NCBI GenBank assembly: GCA_045837725.1
Contig: JBEWZL010000022.1
Coordinates: forward strand, 1 to 64,000
Length of the DNA: 64,000 bases
Origin: Vermamoeba vermiformis
Taxonomy: Eukaryota
Direction of reading: 5' to 3'
Made by a program: the position numbers and the translations under genes. Below, piece after piece: positions 24,187 to 35,870 of the stretch (position 1 is its first letter; every line of letters starts with the position of its first letter). The notes under the pieces were generated by a model. That model was given only the letters and a program-made list of their open reading frames with translations, had not been told where the DNA came from and did no database searches.

Positions 24187-25169
24187 ATGAAGATCCTGAT
24201 AGGCATTGTTATCACTATTCTCTGCTTGATCGGCTACACAAGATCCGCAACTCGTCTTTCCGTTTACACGAGCAGCGACTGCTCAAATTCGAGTCTCATT
24301 GGATTTATTAACGCCCCGGCCTTATATCCAGCGGTAATTATGCCACTAAAAATAAGCCTTATAATTATCAAAGATCTTAGTTGTCGGTTTAATGAAAATC
24401 CGACAATTTTTAATTAGAGATAGTACTGTCAGAAAAGAATACTGATTTTTAAACAGGGTAACTATCGCTCGATCGGATGCACACCTTCATCTGACGGACA
24501 ATACTACGATATTAAAAAAGGCCTTGATGAGTTCGATCTTCGATTCTCACCGGTGGATTGGTCTTTCAACTACTTACTAGTAGCATCCATCTCTATTGTG
24601 GGAAGTAGTTGTTCTACTATGGATGAAACTATTGCAGTCACCTACGCAGGTCAGTGTTGTCGTTGATCGGATTTTTGGTTTCCGTTCGGACACAAATCTG
24701 ACTCAAAAATTTAATCATAGTCAAGCCTGATGTTTGCATGAACACCGGACCGTTTTCCGTGGCCGAACTAGACAACGCTACCTCGTCAATTAAGTTTCCT
24801 TCATGTGTAGCAAACGCTTCCGATATCGTCCTCGCGGATATTTTCGGATGTGCCGTACAATCATTCAGCATGCAGAACGCCACGTGTGCGCCAGACACAA
24901 ATAATAATCTTTACCTTGGATTCTTTTGTTCCCCGCCTCCCACCGCTCCCGTAACTACAACAGTCCCAAGCACCGAACCCGCCGTCGATCCCAACACTCC
25001 CGGAACAGCTCCGACCATGACTCCAACCACAACTCCCATTAGTGGCCCTATTAGTATCCCTACCAATGTTCCTGCTGCCGTGACAACGCCGGCTAAGGTA
25101 TCATCAGCCTCGTTGACTTCATTATCTGTTGTTAGTGCTTCTGTCGTCGTTTTTAGTTTATTCTTGTAA
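24187..25169 (+). CDS. Secreted, probably GPI-anchored Cys-containing surface protein, copy 1 of 3
   Basis: Signal peptide, RSATRLSVYTSSDCS, intron, Cys-containing domain, Pro/Thr stalk, hydrophobic tail. Confidence 0.8.
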
Positions 25170-25595
25170 AAGAGGTAATGGAGTGGATGAACTCCCTAAC
25201 CAGCTGATATTATAAAGTGGTTTTAATTTGTTTATTTTTTTGCTCCAGATTTAACAAACCAAGATCCAGCGTAATTGGCCCATTTAAGGAAAACATGTCT
25301 CCGACCCAATTTTGCAAAAGGAAAATAAGAAAACGGAACTTAACGTTCAATTAGCACCAAAGTTGAACAAGCTCGCAACCAAAATAATAATTGCCTAATT
25401 AAGAATCGATGAAGCAATTCTTTCTGTCATTTTAAGCGATATTTCTATTTTAAATCATGACGCATGACGTATAATAGTATTTGCATTGAACGGGTGCGAT
25501 ACCAATGTTGATCCCGATAAATTTCGGAGTTTGCCGTTTGTTTTTTTTTTCGACTCGCATTCTAACCACAACACCTTACATACTATAATTATACT

Positions 25596-26521
25596 ATGAA
25601 AGTTACTATTGTTATTGCTATTCTCTGCTTTATCGGCTACGCAAGATCCGCAACTCGTCTTTCCGTTTACACGAGCAGCGACTGCTCAGATGCGAGTCGC
25701 ATTGGATTTATTAACGTTCCAGCCAGCGTTCCAGGATTGTATTCAGAGGTACGTTGCCAATAATTAATCAACCTTTTTAATAACAATTTTTAAACAGAGA
25801 TAGTACTGTCAGAAAAGAAAACTAAATTATAACGACAGCAAATAATACTCATTTTTTAAACAGAATGACTATCGCTCCATCGGATGCACACCTTCATCTG
25901 ACGGACAATACTATGATATTAAAAAAGGCCTTGATGAGTTCGTTTTGGAATTCTCACTAGATTGGGCTTACGTACTACAAGGATATTTCTCCGCTGTGGG
26001 AAGTGATTGCGTTAATATGGATGAAACTAATGCACTAACCTACGCAGGTAAGTTTTATGTTTCATCGAATTTTTTTCAATCGGATCTGTTTTGTGGCGGA
26101 TACAAATCTAACTCAAAAATTTATCATAGTCAAGCCTGATGTTTGCATGAACTTCGGACCTTTAGCCGTGTCAGAAGCAGACAACAGCACCACTTCATTT
26201 ATGGTTACTTCATGCATAGACGGCGTTGCCCAAATCTTCATCGGGTCAGGTTACGGATGTAGCGTATATTTAAGCATTATGAAGGACGGCACATGTGGAT
26301 CAGACATAGATGATGAGTTTTACGTCTCATTCTTCTGTCCCCAGGCTCCCGCCGCTCCCGGAGCAATAGCTCCGATGATATCGGCTCCTACCGCCAAACC
26401 CATTAGAGCCCCAATTAGTGTTCCTGCTGCCGTGACAACGCCTGCTAGGGCATCTTCAGCTTCATTGACTTCATGCTCGATTGTTGGTGCTGCTGTTGCT
26501 GTTTTCGGTTTGCTCTTGTAA
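25596..26521 (+). CDS. Secreted, probably GPI-anchored surface protein, copy 2 of 3
   Basis: MKVTIVIAILCFIGYARSATRLSVYTSSDCS; same exon layout and C-terminus (PAAVTTPA..SSASLTS) as copies 1 and 3. Confidence 0.8.
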
Positions 26522-26877
26522 GTGCGGATGTGCTCCTAAAAAACAACCCGGATGACAAAACAGCTGTAACAACTTGTTTTCACATAATTTGACGAAAATC
26601 CGCGATCCGGAGTGCAATATTACCAATGCTTGTAACAAACGAACCAAAATAATAATTGCCTAATTAAGAAAAGAATCGATGAAACAATTCTTTCGGTCAT
26701 TTTAAGAAATATTTCTATTTTAATTCATGACGTATGACGTATAATAGTATTTGCATAGAGCGGATGCGATTTTCTAAACCGATGTTGATCCCGATAATTT
26801 TTTGGGTTTTGCCTTTTCGTTTTTTTTCTACTACTAGCATTCTAACCACAACACCTGACGCAGTAAAATTATTTAAT

Positions 26878-27796
26878 ATGAAGATTACGATTTTTATATC
26901 GATTCTCTGCTTTATCGGCTACGCAAGATCCGCAACTCGTCTTTCCGTTTACACGAGCAGCGACTGCTCAAATACGAGTCGCATTGGATTTATTAACGTT
27001 CCAGAAGGCGTTCCAGTATTTTATCCAGAGGTACGTTTGCCAATAATGCCGTTTTAATATAATCAAAGATCAGTTGTCGGTTTGTAAGCCGATAAATTCA
27101 TAACGACAAGTAAATAATACTGATTTTAAAACAGAGTGACTATCGCTCGATCGGATGCACCCCTTCCTCTGACGGGCAATACTACGATATTCAAAAAGGC
27201 CTTGATGAGTTCGTTTTGAAACCCTCACCGGATTGGGCTTACGTACTAACAGGAACTTTCTACGCTGTGGGCAGTGATTGCGTTGACATAGATGAAACTA
27301 ATGCACTCACCTACGCAGGTAAGTTTAATCGTTAATCGAATTTTTTTGGATTCCTTTTTTGGCGGTTACAAATCTGACTCAAAAATTTATCATAGTCAAG
27401 CCTGGTGTTTGCATGAACTACGGACCCTTTGCAGTGTCCCAAGCTGACAACAGTGCATATTCATTTAAGGTTAGTTCTTGCGGTACCGGCGACGTCTTCT
27501 TCGCATCCGGTTACGGATGTAGCGTGCAAGCCATCACTATGCAGGACAACGAGTGTATACCAGACTCTGTGAATAGTATTTACCTCGGATTCTTTTGTCC
27601 CCTGGCTCCCGCTGCACCCGGAGCACCACCAACTCCTCTCACGACCGCTCCTACCGAACCCAATAGTGCCCCTATTAGTGGCCCTTCCAAGGCTCCTGCT
27701 GCCGTGACAACACCCGCTAAGGCATCATCCGCCTCGTTGACTTCATGCTCGATTGTTGGTGCTGCTGCTGTAGCTGTTTTGAATTTGTTCTTGTAA
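26878..27796 (+). CDS. Secreted, probably GPI-anchored surface protein, copy 3 of 3
   Basis: MKITIFISILCFIGYARSATRLSVYTSSDCS; paralogous exon layout and hydrophobic tail. Confidence 0.8.
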
Positions 27797-28167
27797 CAGC
27801 TGTGGATGTCCTTTGCCTTTTCTTACTATTAGATGTAACGCAATAAGCATCGCAGCTCATTTATAGGCTGTTCACGCATATACATAATAAATAAATATTT
27901 TTAACGTTCCCAGAGCATCTGAATCTCAAATCGATAAATCTATTTTGGTGACTCAACTCGCATCGCGCTAAAGATTATTTTCCAAAAATCTGCGAATATA
28001 TCTAGATAAATTATAATGATTCTCTGTATTAAATAGTGTAACCAGTCACTTCTGCGTTTAAAAACAATTACCGTCGCTAATCGGCGTTACTACTACTTTA
28101 ATAATTTAATTATATGGCATAGTAGTTGTGCTTCAGGCGAAGCTATCGCACTACAAAACACTGCCAG

Positions 28168-28324
28168 CATCAAGGCATTGACTGTAAGTATTATGAATAA
28201 CAAATATAACTGTCACGTGATTACTTCGGTCAAACAAAGTCAAAGTTGCGTTGCACGAGGACGTTTCACTGACGCGATTCTCAACCAGGGCAAGATCAAC
28301 TGGACCAGCAAAGAAGAACTCGAT
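28168..28324 (+). pseudogene. Internal fragment (with intron) of the gene at 52145-52734
   Basis: CATCAAGGCATTGACTGTAAGTATTA...CAAGATCAACTGGACCAGCAAAGAAGAACTCGAT is near-identical to ~52264-52425. Confidence 0.85.
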
Positions 28325-28360
28325 CTCGGACTTGTTATTTACAGTTTAATTTTACGAGTT

Positions 28361-28809
28361 TTACAAGACCGTTTGTACAAAGAATTTTTTTTGAAGACAC
28401 GGGATCGAAAGAGCGAATTGAACTGGATGGACAAGCGTATTGAAGACTAAAATCCACAGGTATTCTGAAATAATAGAATTCCTGGCATAAACACCATACA
28501 AAGCAAATGAAGTTAGGGCAAGTAAACCAGCAGCCGCAATTCCCGTTCCTATTTAATCGGTGTCATTCGTTAGGGTTTGGATCGGATCCAAAAAAATATA
28601 CTTGACTTACCTACAGTACTGACTATTAATATTGTGCGGTTGTTGTGTAGTACACCGATATGTGCTAGTATTGACGAAGTGACTAACCAAACTGCAGGAC
28701 CAATAAGGGGAACATAACCAATAAAGAGCAACAAGATCGAGAAGAAGAGACATCCGATAGAGACACCGAATAGTGCTCGATGCAAATGATTTGTTGGAAA
28801 GAGCGACAT
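28361..28809 (-). CDS. Small four-TM membrane protein (2 exons), paralog of 45751-46208
   Basis: MSLFPTNHLHRALFGVSIGCL...HNNRTILIVSTV, intron, GTGIAAAGLLAL...KKFFVQTVL*. Confidence 0.7.
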
Positions 28810-29098
28810 TGACGACTAAGACTGCTTAATTACGAGCAAGATCCTTTTGTTTTTATTGGGGCCCAATAGAAGGTCCCGTCCGACCGAATTTCATGTTTTT
28901 TTACTTTGCGGACAATTTTGGAATTTCGATTTTATTATAACGGATTTCATTCAGTTACCAATCTTAAGCAGCTCTTGCCTTCATAATGGTTTAGGGACAG
29001 TCGAAAAAGCGAATTATATTTTGCCGATTTGACGAGTGCAGTATATTATTAAATAAAAGAGTATAATATAATAATAGCGTAGATTTCGTCGACCTGAT

Positions 29099-30453
29099 TT
29101 ACAAGTCCATGTTGTCCCCCAAATCGCAGACCAAGCGTCCGCCTTGAATTTCGGGCCATGGGTGAGGTGTTACCAAATAAATGACAGTATCTCGATCATC
29201 ACCTTTAGGCAGTGGCAATTTGCCTCCAAATCGTTGAAAGCGTTCGTACACACATCGCTCTTTTGGTGGCATTCGAGCGAGTTTTTCTTTCTCGTGCCTC
29301 TCTTTTGTTGCTGCTTCGCTCTCTTCTATTTGTTGTTCAAGTTGAGCATCGGTCGGTTTCGTAGCGAGTTTTTCTGCGGGAACGGATCCTTCTTTTTTTG
29401 ATTTTTCTTCTTGGAAATTTTTCTGAACTTTTTCTTCGCGCGGCTCTTCTTCGTTTCTCTTTTCGCTACCGTCCTCGTCTTCATCCTCCTCCTCATTATT
29501 TTCGTCTTCCTCCTCTTCTTCCTCTTCTTCGCAAGATCGAGATACTTCGCCAAAAAAAATAGTTTCGTCGCCCTTCAACCAAGCCTTGCTGCGTACAATA
29601 AGATGACCTTCTCCAAATAAATCGTTGGTAAATTTGTAATCTCCCCTTTTACCGCATCCTGGGTAGACAGTACGATCAGATCGGGATCGAGTAAAACTTA
29701 AAATATTGCTTACCCTCTACATGGGCGTACCAAAACGCATCGCCAAAGAAATCGATGCAAAAGTCAATGCAGCCACCTTCCCAATACGGGCACCACCTCC
29801 CACTATCATTGAAGAGGTAATCCTTGCCTTTGAACGCCAAGATCCGCTGGAGATACGTAGCAGGCGCGATGTGCGTAGTGTCGTTAAAGGCTATTGGCGT
29901 AGTGTCTTGTTCAAACTCTGTTTGGTAGTTCTTAAAGTTCGTTGAGTACCCAACATTATCCTCACTATAATAGAAGTTGTCCGATCCAAAAATTCTGCGA
30001 AACTGAACGAGAATTAAATTCGGGCCGTAAAGGACAGCATCAGTAGCTGCGATTTGAGAAATATATATAGCTTACAATTTTAGGTCTTCGATGTAGGGTA
30101 TTGCGAGGAACAAAGGATGATCAGTATTCACAGGGCAGTACGAAGCTGAATTTTTTTCTGGGAAGAGTAATGACGGAAAGACCTCCAATATTGATGTCTT
30201 TAAGGGATATATATATTCAGCATCCGAGTCCATTGAATCGTGAGAGTTTGAAGCCGAATCAGATTGATCAGTACCGCGTTTCATTTCGCTCGTTTTTATC
30301 TTCTTTGGTGGTGAAGAGGATAGATCTTCAGTATCCTATAATACAAAGGTTATATATTAAAATGGTTAGAATTACCGACAAATAAATAGAGGCGGCGCTA
30401 ACCTCACACTTTCTTTTCATTCCAGCAGATGTGGTCTCTCGTTCACTAGACAT
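29099..30453 (-). CDS. Hypothetical protein with NLS-like KRK motif and poly-Glu tract, multi-exon; paralog of 43797-45295
   Basis: ATG at 30453 (MSSERETTSAGMKRKCE), GT-AG introns, ORFs 30072..30284 and 29099..29578. Confidence 0.7.
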
Positions 30454-31778
30454 TTCGGTCGGTCGGGTAATTGACTTATGTACTTGTTTGTGCTTGTAAT
30501 CGTTAAAAAACGCAGGCCGTAACAGTTCGAGACACGTGATTGTTCAACGAAAATACCCCCGTGCGCACGCCCTGTCTTCTGTCAAATACGGCAAATGTAC
30601 ATTACAGTCACATTAATGTAAAGTAATTATATATATTAATCCAGCAGGTAATTAGCAATCGGCGCACTGCCGTCGGATTGTGTTTGGATGAGAAATATTG
30701 CGCAGTTATTTTGCGCGTAATTATGACAACGATAGTTTATTACCCTGGAATATTATGAATAATATAAGTGGTATATATATTTTACCAGCCGGAACAAATT
30801 AATTTGGGATAATCTTTTGTTAGATTTGAATCTACCACCGCGAATGCCGGACTTGTAGCAACTGTGTAAATCTAATATCGTAAAATAAATAAATAAGATC
30901 ACGCACTTGGATAAATGTGTTGTAGTGCACGATTATGGTCGCAATCACAATTAAAAAAAAAGCGCCAAAATCTTCTTTTTCAACATTACGACCTTCTGTA
31001 GGCAACAAGCAGAGATAGACAGTGACTACATAGAAAATTCGATTAAAATTGAGACTGGAAGCACGTTCAATATTTGTGTTTAAATTTAAATTCACTGGCG
31101 AGAAAATACGTAAGTGTTATACTTATTCACTTATTATAATAATTAACAAGGCCTATTGATTTTGCTCATATCGTCTGTTGCAGATCTGGATCTAATTTTC
31201 ATTTTTGTTTTCATCATGAAGCATTAGTTGTCTCAAGTGAAAAGTTGCAACTTTTCACTGTTACAACCTTTTCAAGCTTGCTTTCATGTGAATATTAAGC
31301 ATTACGATTTTAAAAATTCAAGTAAGGACCTAGTTTGCCCGAAATGATTTTAGTTTGATAAAAAATCTGCGCTATTAGTCGAATTAATTACGGATGTGAC
31401 GATCTGATCAAAAAATGCCGCAACTTTGCCTGACCTATTGAGCGGAGTGCTTCCGACAATCGACAAGATACTTAAACCAATAAAACAGCCTAATGACGGT
31501 TGTTTCAGGGTCCTTGTACCATTATTGCCGCAATAATTTCCCGATAAATTTTATCTTCTCAAAAATAATTTTTGTAGCTGCGTTGCAAATTGTTCCGGTT
31601 AGAATCAAGATCAAGCACATATGTCGCGAGTTTCAACTAGATCTACATTTGTATGTCCAAAAATTTTAAGTAGATGTGACACGACGATGTCACAAAACGT
31701 CAAAAAATGCGAAAAAATCATTTTTAAATCGCCAGACGAGAAGATAACAACACAAGCTTCTATTATATATTTAAGAAG

Positions 31779-32853
31779 ATGTGTAGTGATGTTTCATCGG
31801 TCCGCAGAGCTATTGTGGCCCTTTCTGCAATCTTGATCTTCTTCGATCTGACGACTTTGCTTCTTTATAGCAAAGTTAAGCCGCTTAGTGCAGCGGTATT
31901 TGTATTATTTATGTTTTCTAATGTTTCTTCAATTATTGGAGCCGTTAATGCGTCCATTTTGGCAACTGCAATTGGATACCTCGGTTATTTCGGATGGATC
32001 TTCTACCAAATATTTTTTACAGCTACAGCATTCACCAACTTATTATTTTCAAACACGACAGGCCAATCACTTAACTTGGCAGTCATTATTGTCATTGTCA
32101 CGATTGCTCTTGCAGAAATACTTGTATTAATCATTCTATGCGTTCTCAATATGAAATTATTGCGAGAATTAATCCAAAAAAACAAAAAAGAATCGACATT
32201 GGCCTTCAGACTCAGATGGCGCACCTTGGAAGTTAGTGGATTAAGCATGGCCATTGCATTTGTGCTTATCAACGTGTTTGTTTTCAATAATGCTCAAGAA
32301 TATGCATACATCTATATTTTCCAAGCAGGTATGTCTAAGTTAGCGTCGAATAGTTCCTAATGTTTGAAGAACTTTCCGATCGGCTCACAAGTGTCAATTT
32401 ACAACATAGCTAATTCTATTTTTATTTGTTTGGAACCTAATGTCACTGTCTTATACGCATTTATCGGAAATCAATCATGCCTAAGCGAATTTATTTTGAT
32501 TTTTTGGTTCTTGCTGATCGCTTTCTATTTTAGCGATTTCAATTCTGGCCGGCGCTAGCGCAGCTCGTCGCAATGCAGGGTGTTTGATGCTTTCAGGATT
32601 GTTATTAATCGCAACGCTCATTCCAACGATTTTTGGATTCATTTTCTCATCTTCCTCGATCACCTGGGAGGTCTACTGGCACGCGCTTCTCACCTTGATA
32701 TTGCTTATAGTCAGCTTAGTATTGCAAGTAGTCCTTATTGTGCTCAGTTTCTTGCAATTCGCGGCCATTGGCTTCCATCCGTTACCTTCGCAAACTCTTT
32801 CTTACATGGAACTTGATGCCCAGCAAATCCTTTGGGAAAAGAACGACTTGTAA
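31779..32853 (+). CDS. Multi-pass membrane protein of unknown function (2 exons; looks like two four-TM halves)
   Basis: ORFs 31779..32360 and 32584..32853 consist largely of hydrophobic helices; GTATGT donor near 32329. Confidence 0.65.
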
Positions 32854-33022
32854 CATTTCAATGTAATAAACCTAGTTAGCGATTTTTAAGAGTCTTTGGC
32901 GTTAGTACAAGATTAGATGCGTTTTTTGAGCGGATCGGATGCGCTCGAAGAGGGGATTAAGTTTATTTCGCAATGTGAGATGCTTTGTAATATTAAATAA
33001 TATTTAATATTTAATTGCGTTC

Positions 33023-34561
33023 CTACAAATCATCGCTGTCGAGAATCAGGACATGACTATCGGGCGGAAACAATTTTTTCTTAATTTCGCGTTTGGTCAG
33101 ATCCATGTCAATTGTTTCGAAGAAAAAGCTATTTAAATTCTTGAGCTTCGTTATAAGATCTCTAAACTCTTCAATTGGCGTATGATTATAATTGGCATAA
33201 ATTCTTAACGACTGCAAGTCTGTCATCACCGTTAATTCTTCGAAATTGCTGTAATAATCTAATTCGAGCTCATTCAACGTTGTTAATTGCGCTATTCTTT
33301 TGAACATTCGCTGCTGCAATAGTGACGCGTCATTTGGGCTCATAATGTTCAATCGATTCGAGAAACTGAGCAACAAACACCTTAGTTTTGAGCACGCTGT
33401 TAATTTATCGAACTTGCTGTCCATTTCGAACCCAGTCAACACCGCTTTTTCCAAATTTGGAAGGTGTCTTAGCTGATCCAAAACATCGTCATCTTTCACA
33501 CCCGCAGTACTGACAGAAATTGTCTTTAATCGTTGAAATCTCGCCAAGTAATTGATATTTTGATCGGTAATTGTGGTGTCTAAAAATGTCAATCCTGTCA
33601 AGTTGTCAAACTGCAGTGGCAAACTTGTCGATGATTTCAATACTTCCAAATGCGGTAATTTTGAAATCATAGCCAAACTAGTCACACTCGATGACATTCT
33701 ATTCACTGAAACAAGCAAATTAAGTGCGGTCAGCTGTGACATTTGGCTGACAGGTGTCATCAAAGTCGGTAGATCTTTCCCGTTCTTCACTGCCAAAGAT
33801 TTAACGTTCGTCAAAGTGGTCAAAAAGTTCCACGGGTCGTTTGCATTAAATTTATCTTGATCAAATATCTTTAATTTGATAAGATTGCTTAAGCTGGTCA
33901 GTTTCGCTGTGAATTCGTTTGGTGCTGCTGTCACGCTTAATCGCGTCAACTTGCTCAGTGTTAGTACTTCGTTTAATGTATGAAGGTGATCACAATCCCC
34001 TTTAATTGTTAAACTTCTTAGCGCTGAAAGTTTGCTTGGGCTGATCTGATCTACACAAAAAGCAGGTTAGGTACCAAAAATGAATATACATCGTTGAGAA
34101 TAAGCAAACCTTCTTCGCATAACCAAAGACTTCCTATTTTTAGTTTTGTTAGACGAGTAGCCGTGTTGCATATCGTTGCAGGCTCATTTCCCGTTGGTAA
34201 CAACCACGATGAAGAAAGCTCAAGAAGGCCATCGCTGAACTTCTCAATAAGCTGTACTAAACGGATTTCTTCGTTGTGTTCGTTAGTGTATAGTCTAGTC
34301 ACCGAACGACGAGCTAGCTGTTTAAACTTTTTGCAGATCCTCTCTAATCTGGTAACGAAGTCAATATAAAATGAATTGCAAGAAGATTTATCTTATATAT
34401 TGCCGAATGTACAATTTCGAGCCAAGGATTCATTTTTTTGAATTTTTTGAGTCCATATTTTTTTTCGATCGGATTTACCTGACAATTTCTTTCCATTTGA
34501 GCCGTTTAAATATAACCTCCAATAGTTCTATTGGAAAGTCGAGTATATTTTTTACATCCAT
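33023..34561 (-). CDS. F-box/LRR protein, multi-exon
   Basis: MDVKNILDFPIELLEVIFKRLKWKEIVR F-box start; LRR-rich ORFs 34051..34302 and 33023..33949. Confidence 0.8.
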
Positions 34562-34642
34562 TCGCGAGACTTGTAATAAATATGAATCTGGTTGGTTGTT
34601 TGAACGGCAAGATATTTTCACCATTAATTTTTTATTCGCTCG

Positions 34643-35757
34643 ATGGAACCACAAAAGATTCTCATTGTTCAAGCGCATCCTGACGATGAAACTATCATGG
34701 CAGGTGCGATATTTAAATTTACGCAGTATTTAAACGGCATAGTCGATCTACTTTTGGTATGCAGGAATTAAAATCAGATAAAGGCTCTAATTAGTTGTAT
34801 TAAGGTGACAAACGGAGAAGGAGGATATAGACATACTCAATTTGCAGAAAAATTATATGGAATCAACTTATCAAATGAAGAAATTGGTTGGTACCTCGAT
34901 CGCACAAATTTTTTCTCCGATTAATGAGTCTCAGGTAGGAAAGAGCTTCCAAAAATACGAAAACAAGAGTTAGAAGCTGGAGGGAAAATATTAGGAATAC
35001 GAAAATACGTCTATGTAAACGAAATAGACGATTTTTATTCCATTGATCTAGTTAATCCGATGAAAAAATGGAAAATTGACTTAATTAAAGGTAAAATAGG
35101 ATTTAATATACGATAATAAATCATTATTGATCGGCTAATCGCAATTCAGATAAGATTAGAGAAACTCTCAACGAAACACGCTATGATTTTGTCTTTGTAT
35201 GGCTTCCAATCGCCGAAACTCACGCGCATCATCAAGCAACGTCAATATTATTGCTACAAGTCGTTGATTCATTACCGCCCAATCAGAGGTAAAGCAGATC
35301 TAGGAACACTAAAAATAGCTCTGACTTTAATTTTCTCCAATACAGACCTATAGTCTTAGGATGCACTGAACGAAGAGAAATATATCAAAGTAATTCGTCT
35401 TATGCCAAAGAAACTCGATTATTACCAAATGGTACGCGAAGGGTTCGTCGATCACTTTGTAGATCTAATAAGCCTTCTTTCAGCTCCTTTATTTATGTTC
35501 GATAAGAACCAATTATTAGTAAATATAAATCCGAGAATGGATTTCAATGTCGTAGTTTGCTGGATAAAGGCTAGCCATCCTTCCCAAGGTACGGATTCGC
35601 TTTGAACCTAACAATTATCTAATTTTCCGCAGCTTTGCTATTTACTCCTCAAGAAATGCTTGGAACTACCGAATATTATTACTATTTTGATATTAACGGT
35701 CAAGAGGGAATTGAAAAGACTCGAATGTTGTTCGATCGGTTAAATAAAGAAGGATAA
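34643..35757 (+). CDS. PIG-L/LmbE family N-acetylglucosaminyl deacetylase, multi-exon (mostly missed by the ORF track)
   Basis: MEPQKILIVQAHPDDETIMAG, VTNGEGGY, RKQELEAGGKILGI and THAHHQAT carry the AHPDDE and HxxH metal-binding motifs. Confidence 0.85.
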
Positions 35758-35870
35758 GACCTGTTTAATTGAATGGTCTTGTTTTTTTATTAACATAATG
35801 CAATAATTGTTCAAAATTGAGTTTAAAGCGCATTTTTCTATCGAGATCTGGCCAGATCCTTCGTCCTGAA

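Larger units (their letters stand above)
28330..31010 (-). repeat. Inverted segmental duplication, left arm (pairs with ~43230-46235)
   Basis: Shared genes and non-coding DNA, e.g. VFPSLLFPEKNSASYCPVNTDHPLFLAIPYIEDLKL is identical in both arms; 30400-31010 is the reverse complement of ~43230-43860 with scattered changes. Confidence 0.9.

Noticed and set aside
29706-29945. Conserved antisense ORF (also 44443..44763) as a separate gene
   Set aside because: It is the opposite strand of a duplicated exon, so its conservation follows from the duplication.
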